42,481 nucleotides of DNA from Conidiobolus incongruus B7586 (lineage: Eukaryota): assembly GCA_000697335.1 (NCBI GenBank), contig JNEM01013840.1, positions 1-42,481 on the forward strand, given 5' to 3'. Position 1 is the stretch's first letter. The number at the start of each line of letters is the position of its first letter. A program made the position numbers and the translations under genes. This document shows, piece after piece, positions 27,679 to 40,307 of the stretch. Under the pieces are notes generated by a model. It had not been told where the DNA came from, ran no database searches, and worked only from the letters and a program-made list of their open reading frames with translations.

Positions 27679-29745
27679 TGTTCAAATTTTGAAATTTAAA
27701 TTTATATCTGTTGATTAATATTTTATGTTCAAAATATTATTACGAATTATTTTGTGTAATTCCAAAATAATAGAAAAATTATATATAGATTATTCAAAAA
27801 TTATTCAATACAATGTAGCTTTTTATACAAAATATTCAATACTAATATTATATATAATTAGATTCATTAAAATTGCAGAGTTATAAGGATGCGATTTGTG
27901 TTTTTAATAATCTAAAGAGTTATTTCAGCTATCCTATATATTCAAAAATAGTTCTGAATCTTAGTCAAATCAAAGTATTTGAAATGCGTTATTTACATTA
28001 TACCAGCCAGTTGGAAATACGAGTGATATGATCAAGCAATAGCAACAACAAGATTTAGGGCTAGTTAATTAATTCAAATAGTAAGCATTATTTTCGAAAT
28101 TTCCAGATTCTGGAAAATATATAGGTTAAATATATTATTTTCACTAGACCATAATCTTATCCATATTATTATTATTTTAAACAAACATTTTGACGTAGAG
28201 ATCTAGTCGAACATAATCTAAATAAATTTCAATATTTTTTAAATATTGGAATATCATTTTAGAAGTAACCATAGTTGCATATATTGGAAATATATATATA
28301 TAATTGATCTTATTGGAATATAACCACTCAGCTTTGTAATGAATTTTGGTAAAAAACTCACTAAAAATCAAAGATCAACAGACCCATTCTATTATCCACT
28401 AATTGCACTGTACATTATCAGCGTAATATTTTATTCAAAGCTCACTAAATCGATATTTAAAAGTAAAAATACGTATATAATAAAAAGATTTGATGCTATA
28501 GAGATATATCTAGATATTTCTAAATATAGATGATATCATACATCATAATATATAGAATTAAAAACATTTATAACAGGTCTCAATTATAATTACACTTGAA
28601 AAGTGATATTTAAAGGAATTTTTTCAGTTAGTAATTGATTTTTTAATATGCAAATATATGATACTTATCATTATTGATCAATATTAGTTTATAATAATGC
28701 ATTCTAACTAATTTAATATATAATAAAACATTTTACTGAATATTATTTTGTAAATCAATAAATTTTAATAAACCGAAAGTTTAAAAAACATTGAACACCA
28801 CATGATTATTTTGAAAATTTCACATTTAACTTCATTTTAATAGCACCTCCTATCAAACAATTTATACGTAAAATTCATGTGATTTATTCCATTTGAATTA
28901 TTGTTCATGTATATAACAAAATATACTAAGTAACCGTTCATATTATATATGCTTTCAACTGTAATATTTTAATATTTTTACTTGTTTTGTTACAATAAAA
29001 CAATATCATTATAAATTTCTAAAGTTGGTGAAATGATTTCATTCCAAACTTGCTATAGTATATTCACAATTGATTAAATTAATAGCATATATAAACACAT
29101 TTTAAAATTGTAGCTATTATAAAAAAATAATTTTTTATAAAAGCGACGGATCTTGATAAATTGATTTATATAAAAGGATTTTTCACTAGTTAATTTAAAG
29201 CTTATATCATACTATTCCTTCAAGCCGTCGCATATTCTTCAGTTAAACAAGAAATATAAATTCGAGAGTTATTAAATGTCAAGGACTTTAAGGAACAATG
29301 GATTATGGTGGATATGAGGTAATTTTAAAGCATCAAACCGCATTATCTCATACAAAAACACAAAACATCAAATTTTATTCATCTTACGATATAAGTCAAT
29401 ATTCATTTAAACTTATTATGATTAAACTTTTCTGCTATCTAATTATTGTATAAAATCTTACATAAAATGTATGACAATATATTTGGATCACTATAATATT
29501 AATCATATTATTAATAGTGTATAAAATAATTTTGAAATTCTTAATTAATTATCACAAGCCATAATTTATTACAGTCACATGTCATCTAATTCCAATCCCA
29601 TAAAAATAGATGTTTGAATATCAAGTCATTTATCATCAAACTAAGTTCATTGATCATATCAATTTTTAATTATTATTAACCTTTCAACATATTGAACATT
29701 GTTACAACAATATTTAATTATTATAAATTAATTTTATTTTAATTT

Positions 29746-32700
29746 ATGGTTTCAATAGATAATACAGCTAGTTTCCAATCTCATTCTATGAGTGATTTGC
29801 AAAAATCATTAATTACCCTGTCACATTTGAATTTAAAAATTGATGGTCAATCGACTACTCCCTCTCTAAATTTTCAAAAGAAATATGCTCAATCTTCCAT
29901 ATTAGTTTCCAATGATGTTTTTAAGCAGTTAAAGTTGCAAAAAGAGTCAGCAGGTAATTTAATTTGAATCATAAATATTAATTTCCAAAATTGATATATT
30001 CTATTTAACAAAACTAAATATATATAAATTTGAAAAAAAAAATTAACAACAAAATACTTATGTTTTTAATAGATGACATTATTCCTGTATCTGTTGCAAT
30101 GCTACCAATTCACGATGATAACTGTGATTGGGAAAAGTTAAACTGGTGGCTAGGATATGCTCAATTAGATAAAAATCTTAATGACAAGGTAAATTTAATT
30201 AAAAGCAATATGTACCGTTACTAGAGTCCTTAATTAATTTTAAATATAGTCATCTTACTTTTTTGATCTTTTTAATAAGAAGTTATTAGCTCAAGATACT
30301 GATTTTGGAGCTTCTGCTCTATTAGATCCATCAATTTCATCATGCAAAATCCTTATTAAGAGGGCTCCGATTTTCAAATTTTCTGAAGTTATTTTAGAAA
30401 AGTTGATTGATGTATTGCAATCTCAGGATACTATTAATGGTACTATTCTACTTTGATTCCTATAGTAAATTTTTAATAATTGATATTTAGATAAGAAAAT
30501 TATAACCACATTAATTAATTCTAAAATTGTACTGAAAGAAAACTCTACTTTCACTTTAAAGGTTTCAATTGATCACAATCACTCTACTGATCTTAAATTA
30601 AGAGTCTTACTAACTTCACCAACCTCTCAAGGTGTGCTCGACAGCTCAACGAGAGTTATTTTGACTTCAAATACAGATTACTCAGATCCCTCCGAAAATA
30701 GTACTCCAATTCAACCTCAAAGCCCATCGCTTAATCCCTTACTCAATCTTCATCCCCTTCAATTAATTTCCGACCCTTCATTCTTTAAAAACTCTGGTAA
30801 CTCAGACTTTAATTCGAATGACTCGCTTTCCTTGCCTGCTAATATGCGTCCATTGCATTCTATCAAACTTCCTTTCAAAATTGCTACTAAGCCATTTACC
30901 ATGATTCATACGCTTGAAAATGACAACTTACGTGGTCATATTGATATTCACTCTTCTCTAGCTGTTCCCATTGATATAATGATGCAACTTCAACTGGTTA
31001 ACGGTGATTGGATCGTGCTTTCAACCAATTCGTCCAAATCTAGATGGACTCAAATATTTGGCTTAAGTCAGAAAGTGTTTAGTGAAATGTGCCATAAACT
31101 ATCAGGTGAAAAGTTTGATATTCATAAACCGTTGGTTTTAATTGATACAGTGCTGTCCTTCAACTTGAACTTGTCTGCAAGTGATGAAGTTGTTACTTTG
31201 CAAAAAGTTACATCATATCCTTTCACATCTCCATTTCCCTTACAGCCAACTGTCGCTCAATCAGTATCACTCGCTTGGGTCAATTCAAGTCATTTAGAAA
31301 ATAAATCCATTCAAAAAGCCGCAGTTCAAGCACTAAAAGGGTATTTTCAAAATAGTCTTAAAGTAGTGAAACAGGAAGATGTCATTCCTTTACCCGTGAG
31401 TGTAAACTGCGCTGAACTTCAACCAGTTGTCGTTCAAGATAAATCCATCGAGAGTTCCGAAGTACTAATTGATTTGAACGAAAACACCAGTTTTTCTCCA
31501 CCTTCAACCAAATCCATCATCCTTTATTTCAAAGTGCTCTCGATCTCTCCAACTTCCGAACTAGGTGCATTAATCGATCCTAATGACTGTACTGCTACCA
31601 CACTTCAGCCAACAAACCAAAACTGCTTGGTTCCTGCCAAATTACACACTTATTTCGATCTTCCCAAAATTCACCTTGCTGATCAATCGAACTTGAGTAA
31701 ACTGCAGGAGTTGATTCAATCTTGTTTGCATCCCATGTCACATGAACTAGATATCAACTGCTCCATTCTGATCAGTGGACCTCGCGGTTCTGGTAAATAT
31801 CCATTGGTCAAATCGTGTGCAGATGAAGCAGGCCTCCAACTCATTGATATTAACTGCTATACTTTAATTGATGAAAACGATTCCAAAACTGAAGAGGCAG
31901 TTATCAACTTTTTCAACAGCGTTGTAAATAACGCACCGTGTATTGCTTTGCTTAGTCATATCGAAGCTTTTGGTAAGAAATTCCAAAGCTCAGATGTTAT
32001 GCTTGAACCCTGGTTGATTACCATGCTCATTCAAAATATCAAAGATTTATTTGGGAAAAAAATGGATAAACAATTTCCAATAACCTTGATCGCTACTTGT
32101 GAAACAACCGAAGGGATGGCACCTGGCTTAATCGGCGTATTCCGCCATGAAATGTCCCTTGGCGCACCTGATGAAGCAATGAGATTGAATTATTTGACTC
32201 AGCTGATGGCTGAATCGAATCTGGCTTCAGACGTCGATTCAGAGAGCTTGGCAATTGAAACTGCAGCGTTGATGAACAAAGATCTCAAAGATCTAGTTGA
32301 TCGAGCTGGAGGTTTAGCTTATCAACGAATTCTAAAAGAGTATCCTCAATCACATTTGCCCCACTTTAGCGAAGGACTAGAATGCGGTGCTAATCTATTG
32401 GCTAGTGATTTCAATAAAGCGCTGGACCAGAGTCGATCACAGTTTTCAGATTCTATCGGTGCTCCTAAAATCCCAAATGTCACCTGGGATGATGTTGGTG
32501 GGTTGGCCAGCGTCAAGGAGGATATTTTAGACACCATCCAGCTTCCCTTAAGACACCCTGAACTATTTGCTTCTGGTGCTAAACAAAGATCTGGTGTGCT
32601 ATTATATGGACCTCCTGGTACTGGTAAAACTCTGTTGGCCAAAGCTGTCGCAACTAGTTGTTCTTTAAATTTCTTCTCTGTCAAAGGACCAGAGCTTTTA

Positions 32701-33393
32701 AATATGTATATTGGTGAATCTGAAGCTAATGTTCGCAGAGTGTTCCAGAGAGCTAGAGATGCCAAGCCTTGTGTCATTTTCTTTGATGAATTGGATTCTG
32801 TTGCACCCAAACGTGGTGAACAGGGAGATTCAGGAGGTGTTATGGATCGTATTGTATCTCAGTTATTGGCTGAGTTAGATGGTATGAGTGATTCTCCAGA
32901 TGGATCGGGTGCAGAGGTGTTTGTTATTGGAGCAACAAATCGCCCTGATTTATTAGACCCAGCTTTACTTCGTCCTGGTCGATTTGATAAGCTACTCTAT
33001 CTCGGAGTTGCGGATTCCAACGATGCCCAGTTGAATATATTGAGCGCACTAACGCGCAAATTTACCTTAGATCCTAATTTAGACTTGAACACAATTGTTG
33101 ACAAATGTCCTTTCCACTTTACTGGAGCTGATTTCTATGCGCTTTGTTCAGATGCCATGCTCAAGGCGATGACACGAACATGTTTAGAAACTGAAGAAAA
33201 TTGCAAAAAGTATAATGAAAATTTGGATCGACCAGTTACTGTTCAATACTACCTTGAAAAAATAGCTACGCCATCTGAAACAAGAGTTGAAGTCAGATTA
33301 GTTGATTTTGAAGCTGCTTTGGATGAATTACAGCCTTCCGTCACACCTGATGAACTTGCACGGTATCAAGAAATTCGTGCTAAATTCTCATAA
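29746..33393 (+). CDS. PEX6: Peroxisomal AAA-ATPase PEX6, multi-exon
   Basis: Degenerate D1 (GPRGSGK); D2 SIGAPKIPNVTWDDVGGL, GPPGTGKT, KGPELLNMYIGESEANVR, FFDELD, FTGADFYALCSDA. Short 5' exons from 29746, first intron 29954-30072. Confidence 0.96.
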
Positions 33394-33560
33394 ATTGAGA
33401 ATAACTTATTAATAAATACATTCAAATCTAAATCATTATATAAAGTATCATTTAAGTACATTCTATTTAATAAATAATTTATAAATTTTACAACTATGAA
33501 ATAATGATTAAATAATTAGTGTTTCACATTAAATATAATGATATTGATTTTATTATATAT

Positions 33561-33893
33561 TGTAAGGCTTCTGGAAAGTAGTCTTGTGATAAAAATCACA
33601 TGAGTTTGATGAAACAAGCTAAAAACAGCTAACAAGATACTTTAGAGGAGTTTTATTAAAATATCAAGATGTAGAGCTTGGCCCTGATCAAAGTAATCAT
33701 CTAGCAAATGTTTGTCCAATGACTATTTTATAGTATAGTTGATCTTTAGCTAATGTGTTACAACTCTAGCTTCTGTTATAGTCTAGAATTTTCTATGGTA
33801 TAAAAATTGTTCTTGGTATTTGTGAGTAGATTACATCTAGAATCTTAACAGACAGTTGAAGTTGAATGGTAAACAAACCTCCTATTTACAACA
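33561..33893. mobile_element. Candidate solo LTR (~330 bp)
   Basis: Starts TGTAAGG and ends CCTATTTACA(ACA). GC-richer island with no CpG seen. Possible ATAT TSD (weak, low complexity). Confidence 0.5.
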
Positions 33894-33939
33894 ATATTAA
33901 CAATACAATTTGATATTAAAATTAGAAAGTTTTATAATA

Positions 33940-35231
33940 TTAGTGTAGAAATTAAATAATGGCACAATTTTAAAATTAAAATTAAATAAATAAATTAATA
34001 AATAACATAAAATTAATAGCCACTTTTATTATTAATAACTTTTTTCTATACTTTTAATAAGCTTCTAATACTTAAAAATCAGTTTTTTTATTAAAGACTG
34101 AAATTTAATATTTTACAAACTAATTTAATTTGTTTACAGGAATTTTTTTTTACAAGTTAATTTTTTAACTATTTAAAACTATTATAATTATATAAGTTAT
34201 AATCAAGTTAATATATTAGATGTAGTAACTTTTTTTAATTTTTTTATATAAAAAATCTTTTATAACTTTAACTTTAAATATTTTATAATTATTATATAAA
34301 ATAATAAGTGTTTTTAATTTATATTGAGAATATCATTTAAAAATTATTTTATTTAAAAAAGTAATATATAATTTACTATTAATTAATTTTATTTAAGGTG
34401 TTAAATAAGAAAACTATATATTATTATAATTTATTATAATAATTAATATTAACTTATATTTAAAGTGTTTATTTATTAATATTTATACAAAAATTAATTT
34501 AATTTAATTTAACATCTTGTTTTATTTTTAAATAAAACATTATATAAAAAATTTAAGATTTATTAATTATAAATATTTAATATAAAAACCTTTATTTTTA
34601 TTTATATTTTAATAAGTTTAATTAATTATAACTACTTTAATTTTTTTCAAACTTTTATTAAATTATAAGGTATTTATATTATATTTTTATTAATTAATTT
34701 AAGTTTAAAATTAAATATATATAATATACTTATATAATTAATATTAAATTACTTTAATAATTTTTTAACAGAAATAAAAAAGTATTTCTTAATATATTTT
34801 TTTACTTTATTAATAAGTAAAAGAATAACAGTAGAAATTAATCTTTTAGATTTTAATAAATTTTAAATAATGTTTTTTTAACTTTAAAATTATAAATTTA
34901 ATGATATATGGTAGTTTTAAATAAAATACTATCTTTATAAGCTATTTATAAATTTTAAATGATTTTAAAAGGTTTATAGTTAAGTTTTAAAGATACAAAA
35001 ATAAAAGCTTTTTGATAAATACTATTTAATTTAAGTATAATTAAATTTAAGTGTAAATTTTAAAATTAAAATATTTTAATAAAAAAATAATTAAAATTGA
35101 ATATATATATAGTTTGAAAATATATATTTTCCTATATATTTTATTTTATATATAAAAAATCTTTTAAAATGTATAATATGTTTAAAAGATTAGAAATTAA
35201 AAAATTTGCCATTTCTTAATTTTTATACTAA
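33940..35231 (-). mobile_element. Full-length (~1.29 kb) Tc1/mariner DNA transposon relic, hypermutated
   Basis: Imperfect TIRs: left TTAGTGTAGAAATTAAATAATGGC vs reverse complement of right TTAGTATAAAAATTAAGAAATGGC; TA on both sides; collinear with the copy at 41402+. Typical mariner length. Confidence 0.85.
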
Positions 35232-35697
35232 TAATGTAAAGAGAAACATAGATAAATAATCTCATCTAATTTGATAAAACCAATGCAGGTTATATATATA
35301 TAATATAAAATATATTCAAATTGATTCAATGATTTCAAAAATATTTATATTTTTATTAAAATAATTTTAATATTCAGTTAGACATAAATATCTCAAAACT
35401 CAATAGTAATAATGACTATATTCATTAAAATAGTCAAATAATACATTAATATGGTAGATAAAAAGTTCTAAAATAGAAAAATTGATGAAGCAGTGCGAAA
35501 TAAATTTCTTAATATAAAATATATAACTTCAAAAGCAAGAAGAAAACGTTGAAATATGATAAAAATTAATTTAAAATAAGAGACATAATCAACTGATCAA
35601 CTAAAATTTAATATAAACAATATGATAAATAAGAAATATAGAAATAATATATTAAGGAATTAATCAACATATCAATTTATTATTTTGTCATTAATAT

Positions 35698-35797
35698 ATT
35701 CTATCAGACAGTGTGAATACAGTTAACGACATCATTGTCCATATTATTTAATTTTAATAAGGACTAGCCGATGAGTGTGGTTATCGTCACTTAGAAT
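35698..35797 (-). ncRNA. Box C/D snoRNA guiding LSU rRNA methylation (CAGUGUGAAUACA region)
   Basis: Terminal stem ATTCTA/TAGAAT, C box GTGACGA, C' ATGATGT, guide TGTATTCACACTG next to D box CTGA. Confidence 0.8.
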
Positions 35798-35880
35798 ACC
35801 GATTAATGCAAAATAATAAACTGAAAAAATAAAATAAAAAAAGAAAAGTTAAAAATAAAATGGTTTTTATTGGATGATTA

Positions 35881-35977
35881 TGATCTATCAGAGTGTGAAT
35901 ACAAACTTTAGAGAACATCATCGTTTAAATCATATGGAAATAAACTAGCCTCTTACGAAAACTCATCCTTTAGATCA
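35881..35977 (-). ncRNA. Box C/D snoRNA, paralog of the adjacent one
   Basis: Terminal stem TGATCTA/TAGATCA, C box AGGATGA, D' ATGA, C' ATGATGT, guide TTTGTATTCACACT next to CTGA. Confidence 0.8.
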
Positions 35978-36114
35978 ATCCATCAACCACTTAAGTACCA
36001 TTTTTTCAGAAAAGAAAATAAAAAATCAGTGGTAAAAAAGGATCACAACAAACAATTAAACAATGGTTTATTGAAATTTTGAGAAAAAAGATTTTAATAT
36101 AATATAATTTGAGT

Positions 36115-36292
36115 ACCAGCTCAGAAGGTTATCAAAAGCACCATAAAGGGTGGTGAGGGATAGGTGCATTCGGTCAGAAGCTGACCCAGAACGATGAGAT
36201 ATGCATACTAGCCACGCGATGTCGCAAGCACGCACATCCCACTGCAAGGACCAACCAGTCATGAATACTATTTCCCATTCTTCAGCACTGGT
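36115..36292 (-). ncRNA. Long (~178 nt) box C/D-like RNA with a structured insert
   Basis: Terminal stem ACCAG/CTGGT, variant C box TGAAGA, D' ATGA, D CTGA, internal hairpins (GGTCAG-CTT-CTGACC). GC-rich island on the same strand as two snoRNAs. Confidence 0.65.
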
Positions 36293-37412
36293 TTAGTTGT
36301 AAAGAATAAAGTAATAAAAAATTGAGTGAAATTTATAGTTAATTTCATTCAAACTCTCTATTATGGGATTTTCAAATATTTTTATCATTTATTTCAGTCA
36401 TTCATTAAATGAGTATTTTGTTCATATTATTGAAAAAATACTATTTAAACGAAAATGAATATTTAATCTTTATTTTAATGAAAATATTTTTCAATATGAA
36501 AATTTTTAACTATGTATTAAAATTCAATTCTTTTATAAAAATTATATTTGTTAAATATTTTATATAAATAAGCTGGTAAAAATATTAAATAAGTATTAAT
36601 AGTATTTGATCAATTGTTATTGATATATTCAAAACAGTTTGAAATAATTAAGATATATAAACAAATCGAACGGATAATACAAATCTTTTTAATACGTAAA
36701 TATGTCAAAGATAAAACTCTACTTGATCATTGAAATCTATTTTATTTTTCATTATGCTGTTTTTATAAGATTTATGAAACTGTTGTATTATGAATAATAT
36801 AGTAAATTTTGAAATATTAACCATTGAGGATATTGTCAAATCTAAAACACAATTTTTGAAGAAAAATTGAACAATCAATGATTCTTTCAAAAATATTAAA
36901 TTATCAATTTTTTCATGATCATTATAATATATCAATTTGCTAATATTATAATATTTATTAAATAATGAATATTGAAATTAAATATATTATTAAAATATTT
37001 GTTTACAATTCAATCACTGTGCTATATTGGAATATTTTATAATATTTATTCGTTGATAAATTCAATAATTTTTGCTAATGAATTCTTCAAAAAATACTAC
37101 TAACCAATAATCACAATATATAATAAGGCCATATGTATTCTTTATTTATCACTATATTATATTTAATAGTTTCTAAAATTTGAAATTTTATTAACAATAA
37201 TATTTACTTATTATATTAATTATTAAACTCAAATATTCATTACCTTTATTATAGATATATTCAATTGTAATTTAATTCAAATATTATTATATGATACAGA
37301 GTATAAATAAATAAATCAGAATTTACTTCACAAATTCATCCCATTATTAAATTATGATTTCAATAGATTATAAATCAAATAAAAAGTTTGATGGTTCGAC
37401 CACTTTGATAGT

Positions 37413-38162
37413 ATGAGTAATCCAAGTCCACTTCCAATTTTTAAAAATAAGCGCAAAGCACTAATCACAGGATTTGAGGTATTTAATACAGAGATTAGAT
37501 TGACACATTGTTTATTGAATATACGTTGTTAATAGCCTTTTGGAAATCCTAGACCTAATTTTAACCCTTCCTGGGAAGTTGCTAAAACTTTAAATGGCCA
37601 AGTTTTAACTTTTGATATTCCAAACAAAAAGCCCATTGAAATTTCCATTGAAGCTGTAGAGTTACCTGTAGAATATCAGCAAGTTGATATTCAAATCCCT
37701 ATTCTCCATTCTGCTCAACAATATGACTACGTCATCCATATTAGTCAAGGACTTCCTGATCAGGTTGCTATAGAAGAGAAGGCGCATTACTCAGGCTATA
37801 CCAAGCCTGACAATGCTTCCTACATTCCCCCTTCAAATACATGCAACCCTAGATATTGTGATCCAGATAAAGCTAATGACGAGGATTGGACTATTGATAC
37901 TTTGTTCAATGTGGAAGGAATTGTACAACATTTAAATGAAAAGGGATGGGATTTGGTAAAAAAGAGTCAAGATCCAGGTCGCTCTGTTTGCGAATATACT
38001 TACTTTACATCATTAAAAGAATCACGATTACATTCCACTAGTTTAGGTCATCCTAGAAAAGTTTTATTTATAAATATTCCTATACCTCCCACGCCCTACA
38101 CCCTTGATCAACTTTGTAATATTATCACTGATGTCATTGCGTATTTACCTAAATTTGATTAA
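37413..38162 (+). CDS. Pyroglutamyl-peptidase I-like (peptidase C15)
   Basis: Exon 37413-37478, intron 37479-37535, exon 37536-38162: ALITGFEPFG..NPSWEVAK, LPVEY, IEEKA, SQDPGRSVCEYTYF, VLFINIP. Confidence 0.9.
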
Positions 38163-38671
38163 AAATCATCTCAAAATAGCTTCTATAATTAAATAATTTT
38201 TATTTTATATAAAATTAATAAATTGTAAATTAAGCATAGTGAGCCAGTCATTTTTTGATACTAATATCTGTTACCAAATAAATTTTTTTGTTTATATTTT
38301 AATCAAAAGGAGACTAATTAAAAATGCAATAATTGTATTAATATATAAGGCAAAAAATTATTAGAGTATATTTAAAATCCTTAAATTATAAAATTACATT
38401 TTCGACTTTATTTATGCAAATCTTAGAAATACACTAAAAATTTGAATATTTCAAATGTTTATTAGTAATAATATATTTTATTAAACTATTTTATACACTA
38501 ACTCCAATAGTTTGGAAAATTATTAAAATAAACGAATTTGATAAAATATAAAATATTTCTCCGAATAAAAGCTGTTTTGTGAAATGATAATTTCGAAACA
38601 AGTAAAACCCGATTAGCAACAACATAAAATCCCTATATGTTAACAAGATATATAATAATGTGAAGATTATA

Positions 38672-39354
38672 TTAAATCTCATATTTCATAATATGCTCAA
38701 ATTCTTCTAATGTAACGCCATTTGGTTCAGTAAAACTAAACTCTTGAATCATTTCTCTCAACTCTTCATCTGGTACATCTTCTCCTATTTCTTGAGCTAC
38801 TCTCTTTAAATCGTCAAATGTAATAATAGCTCTATTATTCATAGTGAATAATTTGAAAGCTTCTTGGACATTATACGATGGGGTTGACTTGGAATACATT
38901 TTGCTCACTATAATCATTTTATATTATTATTGAAAATATTACTCAATTTATAAATTTTGATATTTACTTAATATTTTAAAGTTTTCAAAATTAATTCCTT
39001 TAAGCTTTGTATCAAAGTACTTGGGATTATTAGTAATCGATTTCAATTCTTCTTTACTCGGTGCAAAGCCCAAAGCTCTTACTGCAACCTACCAAATTGT
39101 TATAATAATGAATATAATTAAATAATATACCAATTTACTTTAAACTGATAAGGGTCTAAATAGCCTCTATTGTTCAAGTCGAACGTTTCAAAAGCTTGTT
39201 CAACTTCAATTAATTGGTAGGAAGTCAGAGTTTGCTTATTAGGAGTATTTAATGAATTATATTTGAATTGATTCATTGAACTAGGACTGTTGTCACTAGT
39301 CATCGATACTAAACTCCTTTTAATGGAATGATTTTTTGAATTTATATATGACAT
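38672..39354 (-). CDS. Centrin (CDC31/CETN3-like EF-hand protein), divergent
   Basis: Exons 39354-39139, 39088-38968 and 38907-38672: EQAFETFDLNNRGYLD..KVAVRALGF..AFKLF..ITFDDLKRVAQEIGEDVPDEELREMIQEF. Confidence 0.85.
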
Positions 39355-39917
39355 ATTAAATGCTAATTATTGAATATATTATACTTACTGAATTGTCCTT
39401 ATTTGATTATTTAAATTAATGTGCTAATTGTAACATAATTATGGGTTCTATACTGATGAATCGAACATTGGATACCACCAATAATTACTCAATGTGAATT
39501 GAAAATAGATCATATAGTAATGATTATTATAAAAATAAAACTCAATGATCTATTATGAATCGCATATATAACTTTGTAACTAAATTATTAATATCTATTC
39601 AGTATATTCAAAGGGTGACTCGAATATGGAATTTTCCATTATTGAATCAAAGTAAATTACATCTATGAAATTAAAATATTTGATTTAATACATGATAGAT
39701 AGAGATATATTAAATTAATAGTATTAATGATACAAAATGATATATTATAGTTTAGAAAAATGAAATTGATAGAAATAATTATAATATGATATGACATCAA
39801 ACTCAATAGAAGGAATAGTTATGAATAAATGAAATAATATGATAAATATTATAAAATAATTAATATATTAAAAATATGTATAATTTGATGAAAAGGATGA
39901 CAGTTCTACTTTGAAAA

Positions 39918-40307
39918 TTAGGCAGTGAAGAATTTCTTATAAACGAAGAAGCCTACAGCAGCAACAACGAAGGCGACAATAGGAGCTCCGATAGAGGATT
40001 CGGTAGGTTCAGATTTGGTGGTAGCGGCAGCAGCAGCCTTTTTCTCTTCCTTAGCCTTTTCAACAGAGGAGGTATCTAAAGTACCAACAAGGTATTTTTC
40101 TAAAATTTCGCGAGCAGAATCAGAATGACCAATATCTTCAAAAGCTTCAGTGGCATCTTCACCACCACATTCTAAAAGGATTTCTTCACCACCAGGATGT
40201 TGGTCTAAAAAGTCGGTAATGTTATAAACTTTACCGTGAATAGCCATCCAGAGGTTGGAGGAGGTTTTCTTGTCGGCAATTTGATCTAAGGTATAGACTT
40301 CAGACAT
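39918..40307 (-). CDS. CYB5: Cytochrome b5, tail-anchored
   Basis: WMAIHGKVYNITDFLDQHPGGEE, DATEAFEDIGHS, C-terminal TM anchor. Confidence 0.96.
   Translation of the reverse strand: MSEVYTLDQIADKKTSSNLWMAIHGKVYNITDFLDQHPGGEEILLECGGEDATEAFEDIGHSDSAREILEKYLVGTLDTSSVEKAKEEKKAAAAATTKSEPTESSIGAPIVAFVVAAVGFFVYKKFFTA

Noticed and set aside
28177..28533. Short AT-rich ORFs here and at 36705, 38491 and 40517
   Set aside because: Ile/Phe/Lys/Asn-rich composition typical of random AT-rich DNA; no splice or homology support.
36068..36262. 64-aa ORF in a GC-rich island
   Set aside because: Coincides with the C/D-box RNA structure; no protein signature.
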